Source: Fonticula alba ATCC 38817
Taxonomy: Eukaryota; Protista; Nucleariida
NCBI GenBank assembly: GCA_000388065.2
Contig: KB932201.1
DNA: 25,577 nucleotides
Reading direction: 5' to 3' (one strand)
A program made the position numbers and the translations under genes. Below, in pieces: positions 1-11,677 of the stretch. The notes under the pieces are model-generated. The model worked only from the letters and a program-made list of their open reading frames with translations, was not told the origin of the DNA and ran no database searches. How positions within the stretch are numbered: the stretch's first letter is position 1; each line of letters begins with the position of its first letter.

Positions 1-54
1 GGGGGGGGGGGGGCCTGTGTGCATGTACATGTATGCGTGTGCATCGGGACATAC

Positions 55-237
55 CGTAAAACGCTTGGAGCGGGCCTCCAGCTCGGTGCGGGTCTCGTGA
101 GCAACAATCGCCGCATCGGCCGAAGCATGCGAGGCTCGACTCTGGGAGTCGGCCTTGACAGCGTTCAGGGCGGCATCGACGGCATTCTTAAGGTCCGACG
201 CCGCAGACGACTTGGCCGAGGGATCAGACGGCGGCAT
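55..237 (-). CDS. First coding exon of an unidentified gene continuing off the left edge (partial)
   Basis: ATG at 237 in an aacaccATG context. 61 open codons with C/G-ending bias (MPPSDPSAKSSAASDLKNAVDAALNAVKADSQSRASHASADAAIVAHETRTELEARSKRFT) end at a phase-0 GTATGT donor (54..49), followed by C-rich intron-like sequence. Absent from the ORF track. No family recognised. Confidence 0.75.
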
Positions 238-3200
238 GGTGTTGACTCGGAAGAAGCGAACAGGAGTCGGGAAGTCAAAAGATTTGGATGGGGATGGGGG
301 GGTGCGTAGGATGGCACTAGCGGGCGCGCCGCATCAATGAAAGCCTTTGAGAAAGTGCGGGGGGGGGGGGGAACGAGAGGGGTCAGAGCCTGGAATTATG
401 GGCAGGGAGGGGAAAGCCAAGACACAGGAGAGAGAGAGGGAGAGAGGGAGGCAACGGGGATGATATACCTGTGCCAGAGGGAGGAAATGCGCCCAGGACA
501 AGGCAGCCGAGATGAGCTTTAGGCGGGTATATAAGGGAGGGGGGGGGAGGCGGCGAAGTGCAGCTCGGTCCAGAGAGGTCAAAAGCAACCGGCCTCGGAT
601 CGCGCGCTCATCGAGAGGGGGCGCCGGGAAGGGGTGGGGGAGGGGGAGGGGGAAAGGCAGTCCAGGCGGAGAGAACAAGGGCGGCAATGGGAGGCGAGAG
701 GGAGGAAGAATGAGGGGGTGAATAGGTCAGGCCGACAGGGGTCGGAGACATGGACTTGGAGCCACTAATATTCCGGCCCCCTGCGTGTATGGCGTGTCGG
801 TGCACGTCTCCGGGCAGGAGGGGGAGAGAGAAAAAGAAAGAAGGAGGGGGGCTCTCGCCCCCGCCCCCCCCCCCCCCACACCCGCCCCCTCCAACCAAGA
901 AACCCCTGCCCGAGGGGGTGGGCCCTGCGCACAGGTCATGGCCTCGGCGCGGGAGAGCCTGTGCTTGCAAGTGTGTTCAGCGAAATTCGCTGCCCGGCTG
1001 GGGCGTAAATATGGGGGGGGGGGGGCGACCGCGCAGTTTCGAGGGAGCCCCAGGCCGGCCCCGCGCGTAACGCGGCCCGGGGTGCAGGTGCTCAAACAGG
1101 CGCCCGCGCGTCTACACGGAAACGAAGTACGTACGGACCACGCGCGGAGAATGTGCCCCACCCCCGCCCGTCGCCCCCCCCCCTCCCCCTAACGCCCCTC
1201 AAGCCCCGGTCCCTCCAGGGAACCAGCCCGCCGAGGACCGGGGGCGGGGCAGAACGCCCCGGGGCCACGACCGTCCGAAGGGGGGAATTGGGTGCCCATA
1301 TTTCCTGCCTCTGTGCCCTTGCTTCCCCCCTCCGCGGGTGCGGGCTCCCGCGCCAGGCGGAGCGCTCGGTCCCCGGGCCGCCGGGGCCGATCTCCGGCGC
1401 CGGTGGCCCACGGTTCTTGATGAGGGGGGGGGGGGGCAGTCAGAAGGCAGCCGCCGGGCATCCGGGCACTTGAAAGAGGGTTGAAACGGTCGCCGCCGGT
1501 GGGTGGTTGGTTTTCTCACGAGAGAAATGGATGGCGATCGTGAGGGCATGCGCGCGCACGCGTGCGCACCCGCCCGCACGGACCCACATACACCCCCGCA
1601 TGCCCCGGCCAGTCAGCTCACCGGGGACGAGCCCCACAGGCGTACAGGCCTCCCCTTGGTCATGATGCGGGCTGGCACGATCTTCCTCCCAAAGTTCCCC
1701 TCACGCCCTGAAGCCGTGTGCTACCGCCCCCCGCCCCCCCCCCCCCCCTGTCCCCGCCTCGCACCTGGCGGCGGGCATTGTGCATCCCGGGATCACCGTC
1801 CAGCATTCTCCCCTGGCAGGCATTCCCCGGACTATACCCGCGGGGCGCTGCCCCGCCCTCCCCCGCGCCCGGGGCTCTCTCCCCCTACCCCCCCCCCCCC
1901 AGCCCCTGTAGTCCGCCGCTCCCCGGGCGCGTCCGTGTGGCGCAGGGTCTTCCCTCTCTCCGCCACCCACAACGCCAGGATCATTTCTTGGCACCCCTCC
2001 TCCGCGGGGACACAGGGACCCCGGTTGCACGGCCGGGGGCGGACCGAAGTCTCCGAGGAACCCATCCGCCCCCGACAAGCGAAACGCACGGGGCCACCGG
2101 CACAGAAGGGTGGGAAAGCTCGCCGAGGGGCGTGGCCAAGCGAGCGAGAGCAAGAGAGAGAGAGAGAGAGAGAGACAGGGAGGCGAGAAATGAGCCCCAC
2201 CTCCTCGGAGCTATCACCGAGCCTGTGTGCACTCGTCGACATCGGAAGATGGACCCCTCGCAACAAGGTCCTGTCGAGTCTCTTTGAAACCCCACCTGCC
2301 TGAGCGGGAGAGCCCAAAAAGGAGCGGCGGACATGGCCTGCCTCGAGGGGGGGGGGGGGGGGGCGAGGCAATCCCGGCTTTTGTAAGGGACCCAGCGAGA
2401 GCAAGCGGGATGACCAACAGTTTATCTAAGCCGCCCTGGCCGGCCGGGATCCCCGGCGGCCTTCCGACAAGGGCGATCTGGTTTGGGGCCTTGATTTCGT
2501 CTGTCCCCCCGCCCCTCCTCGGCCCCCCTCAGCCCGAAGCATTCTCCGATGCCTCACGCTCTGGGCTCCCCCCCCCCCCGCCCCCTTCCCCTTGCCGGCC
2601 TCCTGGCACAGCTGCTGCTTCTCTCCGGGCAAGAGGACAACATGGACCCCCCTCTCATATGACGGAGCACAGCCCCGCTTGGGCAGGCGCAGCGAAAAGC
2701 GGAAGGAGACTCCTGGGAGGGGAGGAAGGCGAGAATGTGCCCTCCTGGTCAGTGGGAAGAGAAAATTACCCGCCCCTGCATGCCCTCGGGATTAATCCGC
2801 CCCCATCGGGGTGGTGGCCGGAGGGCCCGAGGAAGATGGCCCGCTCATCCGAGTCCCCTCGAGCTCGGTGGGCTCTTCTGCCTGGCATACACATGCCTGT
2901 GGCTGCCAACATATTGATGCGCGCATGCTCGCCTGGCAGTCCGGGTAAGCCAGGAGCATACCTAACAACAACAGACAGCGGCCGGGGGGGGGAGGAAGCG
3001 GGGGAAGACACCAAAGGCGTGAGAACCTCGCAGGCGACCTCTGCATGACCTCTCCCTGCCGGGCGGAAATGACCCGGCAAGGCACTAAGGGCGCGTGACC
3101 GACCCCCCCCCCCCCATCCCCCTCCCCCGCCCTGTCCCGCCCCCCACCGCTCGCCGGCCCGCAGGCTCGCTGGCCCTCTCGTGTCCACCCCTCCGTCGGG

Positions 3201-4071
3201 GAGACCACAAAATGGGTGCCGTCGAGAATCCCCCGACCCTCGAACGGGCACTTCGCCAGCCGCCCGCCTTTTTTTGTCAAGCAAAGGAGTGCAAGCCCCC
3301 GGCAGTGTCGGAACCTTCCGCGCGGACCCAGTCCGGCTGGGGGGCACATGCTCAAGGAGATGGAGCGCAGCCTGAGGTGGATCGTTGGCACTTGGTCTCA
3401 ACTCCCAGTGCATCGCCACCATGAGATCTTTGCAGCGGATTGCCCCGCCCCCTGCCCCGCCCCCTCCCCCCCAACCGAAGGCGCCTGGACGTGCAACCAC
3501 ATACACTGCCAGTGATCATGGCCTGGGCCTTGTTTGCCGCCCACTTGCCACCCAAGGGCGTGAAATGCCCAAGGAAAGGGAGACGACAGCGGAGGGCGCG
3601 CTCACCTCTCGACGGAGGGCCTGGCGAGACACCGCAGGGAGAAGCCACACCGTGCAGAAATGACACGGTGCGGGGGGCCGAAGGGAGGGAGGATGAATGT
3701 GCTGATTGGCCTCCCCCCGGGCCTTTCTTCTGCATTGGCACACGGCACGCGCGAGTCGAGAACCCATGCACAAGCGAGTATATTCGCGACATTGGGGCAG
3801 GATGGGAGGGAGGGCAGCCGGCAGCGAGGAAAGGAGGAAAGAGAGGGAGAGAAAGAAAGAGCGCGATGGAGGCAGAAGAGGAGAATAAGGCACGCGTGGG
3901 GCGGGGATACACAAGGACAAGGCAACGCGCGCGCGCGCGCACACACACTCCACACAAGCAAGGAACATGCAATGTATGTGTGCGGGGATGTGCGTGTGAT
4001 GTGTGCACATCCGCCAGTGACACGATGCATGCGAGGCGCGCCTGCCCCTCCTCTCCCCCTCGCTCCATCCT

Positions 4072-4476
4072 TCAGGCAAGGTCCACATCCTCCGAAGAGG
4101 CCAGCATCTCCTGGTCGTCGGCCGAAGACATGGACGCAGTTGGAGGGGACATGCTGGCGGCACTGCCCCCATAGTCCAGCGCCGAGGCCAGGGAGTCCAA
4201 CCCGGCAGTGGCGGAGGTGTGTGCCCCGCCGGTGTCGGCGACCGCCGCCGACGCCGAGGCCGGAGAGGAAACACTCGCCGCAGCCAGCGGGGATGGGCTC
4301 CGCTGTTCCTGCGGCTGCTGGTGCTGAAGCGACCGCGAAAAGTGTGCCTCCACCGCCAGCAGCGGGTCGGTATACGTCCGCATGACCTGAGCCAGCTGAA
4401 CACTGCCAGGGCCACCGGCAGCCGTCCCGGCGTCAGTCGTGTGGCTGCCACTGGGCGAAGCCGGAGACCCCGGATG

Positions 4477-4534
<58 letters not shown>

Positions 4535-5165
4535 GATGGCGGCTGCGCTTGTGAGAGCTGCGACGTGTGGAGAAGGGGCTTGCCTGCGACAGCTGGCCCG
4601 TCGGAGGTCTGTTGGTTGCTGGCAGCCGCCGCGAGGAGGGCATCCAGTGGCAACTTCTCCGGCAGCAGACCGGCGCTCAAGGCACTGGCCAGAAGCCCAG
4701 CACTGGACAGGCCAACATTGCCCCCGAGCTCGGCACTGACCGGCGCCCCGGGGGAAAACAAGCCGGCCGATCCGGGCGCCATGCCGGCGCTGAAGGCTAG
4801 CCCGGCGGCGGGCTGGGCATGCGGGTGCGTCGCCTTGGGCGTCCCTGAGGGTCCAGAGCCCAGGGTTGGTGTCAGCGCGCCACTGGTGGCGGAGAAAATG
4901 TTCCCGGAAGTGGGGGCAATCGGCGAATGGAGATGCATCTGCCGTAGGCGTTGGTCGAAGTCATCGCCAAGTTCCGACCGGAGGTGGGCAACTGCGAGGC
5001 AAGGGAGCACGCCCAGAGGGGGGGGGGGGGGCGACGGGTATCATGAGGAAGCAGGGCCAGATGACCAACAAGAGAGGAGCCAAGTCAATACCAAATGCGG
5101 ACGGTGAAAAGCAACGAGATGTCGAAGGAGGGGCCCCGCGTGCGAATGCGAGGAGGAAGAGTATC

Positions 5166-5199
<34 letters not shown>

Positions 5200-5843
5200 G
5201 CAAAAGCGGAGCGATCTAAAAACACGACGCACGGGCCAGAGGGCTGCCGATGCCCGGGGTGGTGGTCGAACCAGCGCGCGCGCCGCCAAGATGGTGCTCG
5301 CCGCCAAAGGTGGACACGGTGCTGGAAAAGAGCGGCGCTGACAGGGGCGAAGCCGGCGGGAAACCCCCGGCCGAGGCGGGAGCCCGCGGCCCGACGCCGA
5401 ACAGCGGACTCCCCTGCAAATGCGGATGCAATGCGAGCCCAGAGCCAGGCCCACTGCTGCTGCTGCCGCTGCTGCCGCCGCCGGCACCGCCATGGCGAGG
5501 CAATAGCCCAACCATTTGCGCATCCCCCGAGCCGGCCATCAGGCTGCCGGCCTGGGAAGGCGGCTGCGTGTGCGGCGAATGGGGGATCATCAGGTTGGGC
5601 AGGAGTGATCCCGAGCCAAGGGCCGACAGCGAGGGAAGCAGGCCGGCGCTGCCGCCACCGTCCAGGGCCGTGGCCGTCGTCCCAGCTGCATTGAGTGCCT
5701 GGATGCCACCAACTGACGAGGTTGATGAGGAGAAGAGCAGCGCCGAACCACCGGCGCCGGCGCCTCCCCCGAGGGATCCTGACATGGGAGACATGTAGCC
5801 GGAGTCCGCCCCCGGGGACAGGGGAATTGCGGATGCCGCCGAT

Positions 5844-5875
<32 letters not shown>

Positions 5876-7852
5876 GTGCTGGTGAAGGATCAGCGAGGCA
5901 AGCACCGAGTGGCTCTGCTCCAGGGAAGCCCCTTGGCTTAGCAGACTGGCAAGAAGAAGATGCTGCTGGGAGAGGCTGGCCACTGCGGACTCATTGCCAG
6001 CCAGCTGCGACGTCAATGGCTGGCCCAGTAGGGTTCCTGAGGAGGGACTCAGAAGGGCAGGCGGTGCCGAGCGGGGGGCGTAGGCGGCGGCCGCCGCCGC
6101 CGCTGCCGCTGCCGCTGCCGATGCCGCCGCTGCCGCTGCCGATGCCGATGCCGATGGCGAAGAGGCCCCGCTTGTCTGAGCGTCAAACAGACTGGCCAGG
6201 AGGCTGGCCGGCACCGATGGCACGCCAGCCGACAATGGGGACATGACGCCGCCGCCGGTAACCGGCGATTGGGGATCCCCCTCCTGGTTGATCGAGAAAA
6301 CATGCTGGCCAGCGGCCGCGGCCGAGGCATTGGCCAGGCGGGTGTCCACCGACACCATGGGCGGGAAAGGCTTGCGCTTTTTGCCCTGGTTGGCGGCCGA
6401 CTTGTAGGCGGCCATGGGCAGACGGGCACGCGCTGTCGTTGGGGACAGGGTTGCCGCGGCGGCGGCCGCCGCCGAACTGGTCGCCGGGCTGCTCGGCCCG
6501 CCGGTCGAAGCTCGCAAGCCAGCAAGCTTCTTGTCCCCACCAGCCTCCAGGACAACCCGGGGGTTGACCATCGGCGTGTCGCTCGGGGTGGCACTGGCAA
6601 ACAGGGAGTCCAGTGACTGGGCCGCATCGCGCGAGGCTGTGGTGCTGGTGTAGATGGACAGGCCAGCGCTGGCATTCCCGCCAGCCACCGTGGCCATTGG
6701 GGGCGACAGTGATCCCGAGAGAGAAACGCAACCCGGCGCGGGCAGACTCAAATCCATGGGATTGGGCCCCAGCGTCGTGGGGGTGGACAACTGCTGGGGC
6801 TGCGAGTGGGACAGATTAGGTTGCTGCTGCTGCTGCTGCTGCTGCTGTGCCTCCTGCGTCGGGGGTTGCGTCGGCGGCACCGATTGCGACAGCGGCGCCG
6901 AGTCGGCTTGGAATTGCTGGATCGAGAGGAGCAAGCGGAAGATGTCGCCGCGGGCCTCGGCCGACAGGCCGGCCAGCGACTCCAGCTGCAGCGACTCGTC
7001 GGCTTGCAGCAGAATCAGCACCATGACCACCGGCATGGAGTGCAGCTTGGTGAGGATCTCAATGCGCTGTGCGCGAGACTGCTGGGACACGCTGGTGCAC
7101 AACTGCCGGACCGTCTCGGCCGGGGTCCCGGGCACCGAGGCAAGGAGAAGCGGCTCCAGCGAGGCCAGTTGCGGGGACCGGAGGAGCTGCACCAGCAGCA
7201 GGCACTGCTTGGCCAGGTCAACCCCGGCGAAGATGCCCTGCGATGAGTCGCCCGCGCGTGGGTGCTGCCACGGGGCGGTAGCCGAGCTTGGCGATCCGGT
7301 GGCCATGGACTTGAGGGATGTGTGATAGGGGGCCGATTGGGACCGGGGAAGTCGCGAAAGCCCAGGCTCCAGGGAGAAGCCACCGAGACCAGACCCGAGG
7401 GGAGGGGAGGTGGCGGTGGGGGCGGCTGCTGTGGCGGTGGAGGCGGCCGCCGCCGCGGCAGCCGCGGCCACCGCCTTGTCCAGCAGGGCACTGGGCGAGA
7501 CCATCAGCCCGGGCAAGGGGGACCGGGTCGGCGCCGGAGCCGGGGCCGCCGGCGCAAGGGAGCCGGCATTGGTGAGGGAGGCCAGATCGCTGGGGGTACT
7601 TTGGCCGGGGGATGCCATGCTATCGCTGGCCGAGAGAAGCGTGGTGGCCGATGGCGAAAGGTTGGGATGGTGGATGAGGAGCTCGGCGGCCGAGGAGAGC
7701 GCATCCAGCGGCGAGGCAAAGGACATGCGCAGTGCAGACCCATTCGTGGGGTTGGTGGCAACGGTGGCCGGGGCGGGCTCACCGGCGGTAGGAGTGGCAG
7801 AGCCAGAGAGGGACATCATGTTGCATGATGAGCCGGCGGTGTCCGCCAACAT
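4072..7852 (-). CDS. Large low-complexity (S/A/P/G/Q-rich) hypothetical protein, ~1179 aa; exons 7852..5233 and 4991..4072
   Basis: ORF-track ORFs 5216..7879 and 4072..5010 join through a 241-nt phase-1 intron (donor GTGCGT at 5232, (CT)n tract, acceptor cgcAG at 4992), giving C+TT=Leu in frame. The track's 7879 start is TTG right after an in-frame TGA, so the first ATG (7852) is used. The true start may lie upstream or in the 7928-8037 gap. Stop TGA at 4074..4072. Confidence 0.8.
4477..4533 (-). repeat. (CAG)n coding microsatellite, polyQ19
   Basis: 19 Gln codons (CAG with one CAA) in exon 2 of the low-complexity protein. Confidence 0.95.
5168..5198. repeat. (GA/CT)n microsatellite inside the 5232..4992 intron
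   Basis: Uninterrupted AG/GA run read directly. Similar runs occur near 2153-2175, 15731-15750, 16049-16067 and 18196-18213. Confidence 0.9.
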
Positions 7853-7927
7853 GGGGGTAGTATTCGCCTTCCTTCTCAATCAAGGGGATGATGGTACTCT
7901 CGATGATGGGGCGGGGCGGGGCGGGGG

Positions 7928-8037
7928 NNNNNNNNNNNNNNNNNNNNNNNNNNNNNNNNNNNNNNNNNNNNNNNNNNNNNNNNNNNNNNNNNNNNNNNNN
8001 NNNNNNNNNNNNNNNNNNNNNNNNNNNNNNNNNNNNN
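7928..8037. other. Assembly gap (first of six: 7928-8037, 9352-9921, 10941-11161, 12580-12926, 14110-14224, 20718-20787)
   Basis: Runs of N. Most abut G/C homopolymers or (GC)n. ORFs spanning them are artefacts. Confidence 0.99.
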
Positions 8038-11000
8038 CTCTTTGCCGTCTGGTCATGATAGCGACGCGGTGAGTTGCGGGCGGTGGTGGCGGTGGTGGCG
8101 AGATGCCATGGCGGGAGGGGAGAAACGGGGGCGGCATGTCGGCCATCCAAGGGGTGCGGTACCTGAAAGGGGAGAGGGGCAATGACCCGGGGAGGAGGGT
8201 TGGCTACGTATGGGTGGCGATGCCCTCTCTCACTCGCTCGCTTGGAGGAGAGGCGGAGGGGAGAGCAGGAACGGTGAGGCGAGGGGGTGTGTGTGTGTGT
8301 GTGTGTGTGGCTGCGCGAGGTGTGTCTCCCTGTGCACAAGGGTGAGGTGGAGAGAGAGAGAGAGATCGTCAAGCGGCAGGAAAGGGGAGGGGCGGGGGTG
8401 CGAGGAGCAAACACGAAGGGTCGGGGAGGAGTACAGACCCGCCCCCCGGCGGGGGTCTACTTCGGAGGGGGCATACTTTTTCACCTCACCCAATGCCGGC
8501 CCAAGTTGCGGGGCGTTGAGATTTCCCCGGCGGCGCCCCCGGCGGCTGGGCTTCCCCTGTCCCGCCCGGCCTCCCCCACCAGGTGGCCTTGCCCCCGGGC
8601 CCGGCCTTCGCTGCACCCTCGGCAATGCACATACGCGAGGGGGCCAGGCGTGTGCGTCGGTGTGTCTGCGTGAATGCAGGCGAGCATGGGCACCGCCTCA
8701 ATGCCCGACGCCAAAGAGAGCCCCCCAGGCGACAGGATCTGGCTGCATCTGGGCCCCTCGCCGGCCGGCATTCTAGGCGTGTGTGCCTCGCGGGGGGCGG
8801 TATCGGGGGGGGGGGGAGGGAGGGGGCTAGCCCGCACGGGAAGAGCATGCAAGAAGGGCTGGAAGAGCGCGCGGGGCAAGAAACTAGGCCCATCTCTCCG
8901 TGCCTCCAGGCCCGGGGGGGGGGGGGCCTGAATCCCCAGAATCGGGGCAAGGATCGCATGCCGAGAGCCCCGCGTGAGGGCGCGAACGGGTGCGCGCGGG
9001 TGGCCCATCTCCGTCAGGCCTCTCTGGAGAAACGTGGGACGAACCCCGATCTCAGCACACGGCGCCGCCCTCATGGGGAGGGAATGTACCCTCCGGGTGC
9101 GCCTCAGACCGCCCACCCCCTTTTCTGCACGAATGCTGAGCCACACACACACACGCACACCTGCCGAGACAGAGAAAGAGACAGAGGATAGGTCGAACCA
9201 ACCCCCAGATGCGCACAGGGAGACCTCCCCCGGAGCAGCAAACTTGAAGTTGCGGGCACCGCGGAGGGGCTGACGATCTACCACTGACGAGCGTGCCTCA
9301 CAGGGGTGCCGGTGGTGGAAATTGGCCCAGGGAACCGGCCCCCCCCCCCCCNNNNNNNNNNNNNNNNNNNNNNNNNNNNNNNNNNNNNNNNNNNNNNNNN
9401 NNNNNNNNNNNNNNNNNNNNNNNNNNNNNNNNNNNNNNNNNNNNNNNNNNNNNNNNNNNNNNNNNNNNNNNNNNNNNNNNNNNNNNNNNNNNNNNNNNNN
9501 NNNNNNNNNNNNNNNNNNNNNNNNNNNNNNNNNNNNNNNNNNNNNNNNNNNNNNNNNNNNNNNNNNNNNNNNNNNNNNNNNNNNNNNNNNNNNNNNNNNN
9601 NNNNNNNNNNNNNNNNNNNNNNNNNNNNNNNNNNNNNNNNNNNNNNNNNNNNNNNNNNNNNNNNNNNNNNNNNNNNNNNNNNNNNNNNNNNNNNNNNNNN
9701 NNNNNNNNNNNNNNNNNNNNNNNNNNNNNNNNNNNNNNNNNNNNNNNNNNNNNNNNNNNNNNNNNNNNNNNNNNNNNNNNNNNNNNNNNNNNNNNNNNNN
9801 NNNNNNNNNNNNNNNNNNNNNNNNNNNNNNNNNNNNNNNNNNNNNNNNNNNNNNNNNNNNNNNNNNNNNNNNNNNNNNNNNNNNNNNNNNNNNNNNNNNN
9901 NNNNNNNNNNNNNNNNNNNNNCCCCCCCCCGCCCACTCACCCAGCCGCGAGTGTCGCGGCCACATTCCACAGGCCCGTGGTACCCTGGCGCCTGGGCCCC
10001 GGGGCGCAGGGGGCAGCCCGAGAAGACCGGCAGGGGGGCGGGGGGCACAGCGGGGGACATGCCGTTTGGCCACGGCAGGAAATTCACACAGGACGTTGGA
10101 GACGGGGCGGGGTCTGTTGGCGCGCGCCGGCCCACACGCGGCGGCATCGGCGTCGTGCCGGCAGAAGGGGCCGCGCGACCGAGGCGAAGCATTCCCCCCC
10201 CCCCCCCCCCACCTGCACGCCGGCCGAAGGGGCCTCTGGCCGACGCCCGGTGGTAGGATCTGGCACCGGCCCCGTGTGCAGCACAGCTGGCCGCAGTCAA
10301 CACCCAGGGTACGGGCCAGGCATGCGTGGAAGCGCGCGCCCATGTTCGACCGGCCGCTGGCAACAGAGCCTACCGACGATATTTGGCCCAAGGGGGCTCG
10401 CCCCCCCCCCCCCCCCCCCGCTCCCTTCCCCATAACCGAGATAGGCCCCGGCCACGCCGACTCCCAGATGTCGGGCCCATCGAGGCCAGGGCGAGTTCCA
10501 GCTCGTGAGCCTGCCTCCTGCCAGACAGAGGGGCGCACTACGCACATGCATCTCCCCCACGGTCGCCGGATCAGGTCTGGCCGCGCATCAACCCCCCCCC
10601 CCCCCCTGCCGGCGAGCAAGGGAGGCAGGCCCGCCCTCACCGAAGACATACCCAGCCGGCGCACCCGCGCGCCCACATCCCTCTTCCCTAGGCTCATCGC
10701 TCGCACATGCACAGCATCGGGAAGCGCTGGCTCGTTCGTCCCCCGCCCCCGTAGCTTGCCCAGCTCGAATGCCAGGATGAAAGCTTGGCCCGAGCGCCCC
10801 CATGTACGGGGGAAACGCACAGGGCACGACGAAATACACAATATTGGGGGGATTAATATAATCCCAGGATTTCCGTGCCCATTGCGGGCCGACGTTTTGC
10901 CCCCCCCCCCAGTTACGGGCCGGGCCGGTTGTCCAGCTCGNNNNNNNNNNNNNNNNNNNNNNNNNNNNNNNNNNNNNNNNNNNNNNNNNNNNNNNNNNNN

Positions 11001-11677
11001 NNNNNNNNNNNNNNNNNNNNNNNNNNNNNNNNNNNNNNNNNNNNNNNNNNNNNNNNNNNNNNNNNNNNNNNNNNNNNNNNNNNNNNNNNNNNNNNNNNNN
11101 NNNNNNNNNNNNNNNNNNNNNNNNNNNNNNNNNNNNNNNNNNNNNNNNNNNNNNNNNNNNNGCCGCGCGCGCGCGCGCGCTCGCGCTCGCATCGGTACCT
11201 CCCACCGAGGCTGCCTGGGGGGAGGGCGGGGGACAGAGGTGGGCGAGTGCGCGACCCCGCCCAGACCGGGCGCCGAGGCGCGCTCCCTGGCTAACCCCCT
11301 TTTCACGTTTCCCCCCATGTTCCTCCTGTTGCACGCTGTCTCGCCCAACCCTAGGACGCGCCCCGCGCACATGCCTGTGCAAGGAGCGCCGGCAGCTGCT
11401 ATCACCCAAGGAGCGCTACAGATGGAGGGATAAACGTGACTTATTTCACAGGACACTGAGTCTCGGGTTCAGAAGATGCAGCACAAGCCCCGCCAGGAGC
11501 AGGGCCCCGCAGGAGATCCCGACCGTCAGGACCACCACGCTCCAAGTGCCGCTTTTTTTTTTTTGGTGAGGATACCAGGGCGGGGAGGGGGAGTATGCGC
11601 CACACGTTAGCCGGGGGAAAGAGCGGGGCGCACCGGCGAGAGAAAAAAAAATAGAGGCGTGCGACGGCCCTTAGCCC

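Noticed and set aside
700-4000. Possible genes among the many overlapping GC-rich ORFs, including plus-strand sORFs 2190..2303 and 3348..3515
   Set aside because: I found no consistent splice chain or recognisable domain. The region is best explained as UTR/intergenic DNA, although short ORFs cannot be excluded without expression data.
9922-10940. Using C-run strand bias to infer an unannotated plus-strand transcript
   Set aside because: Introns of the modelled genes contain both C and G runs on the sense strand, so the bias is not a reliable strand indicator, and I found no exon chain.
8481-11456. Long ORFs spanning N gaps (e.g. the 991-, 703- and 460-aa entries)
   Set aside because: Their length comes from translating Ns, and the flanks are R/P/G-rich non-coding sequence.
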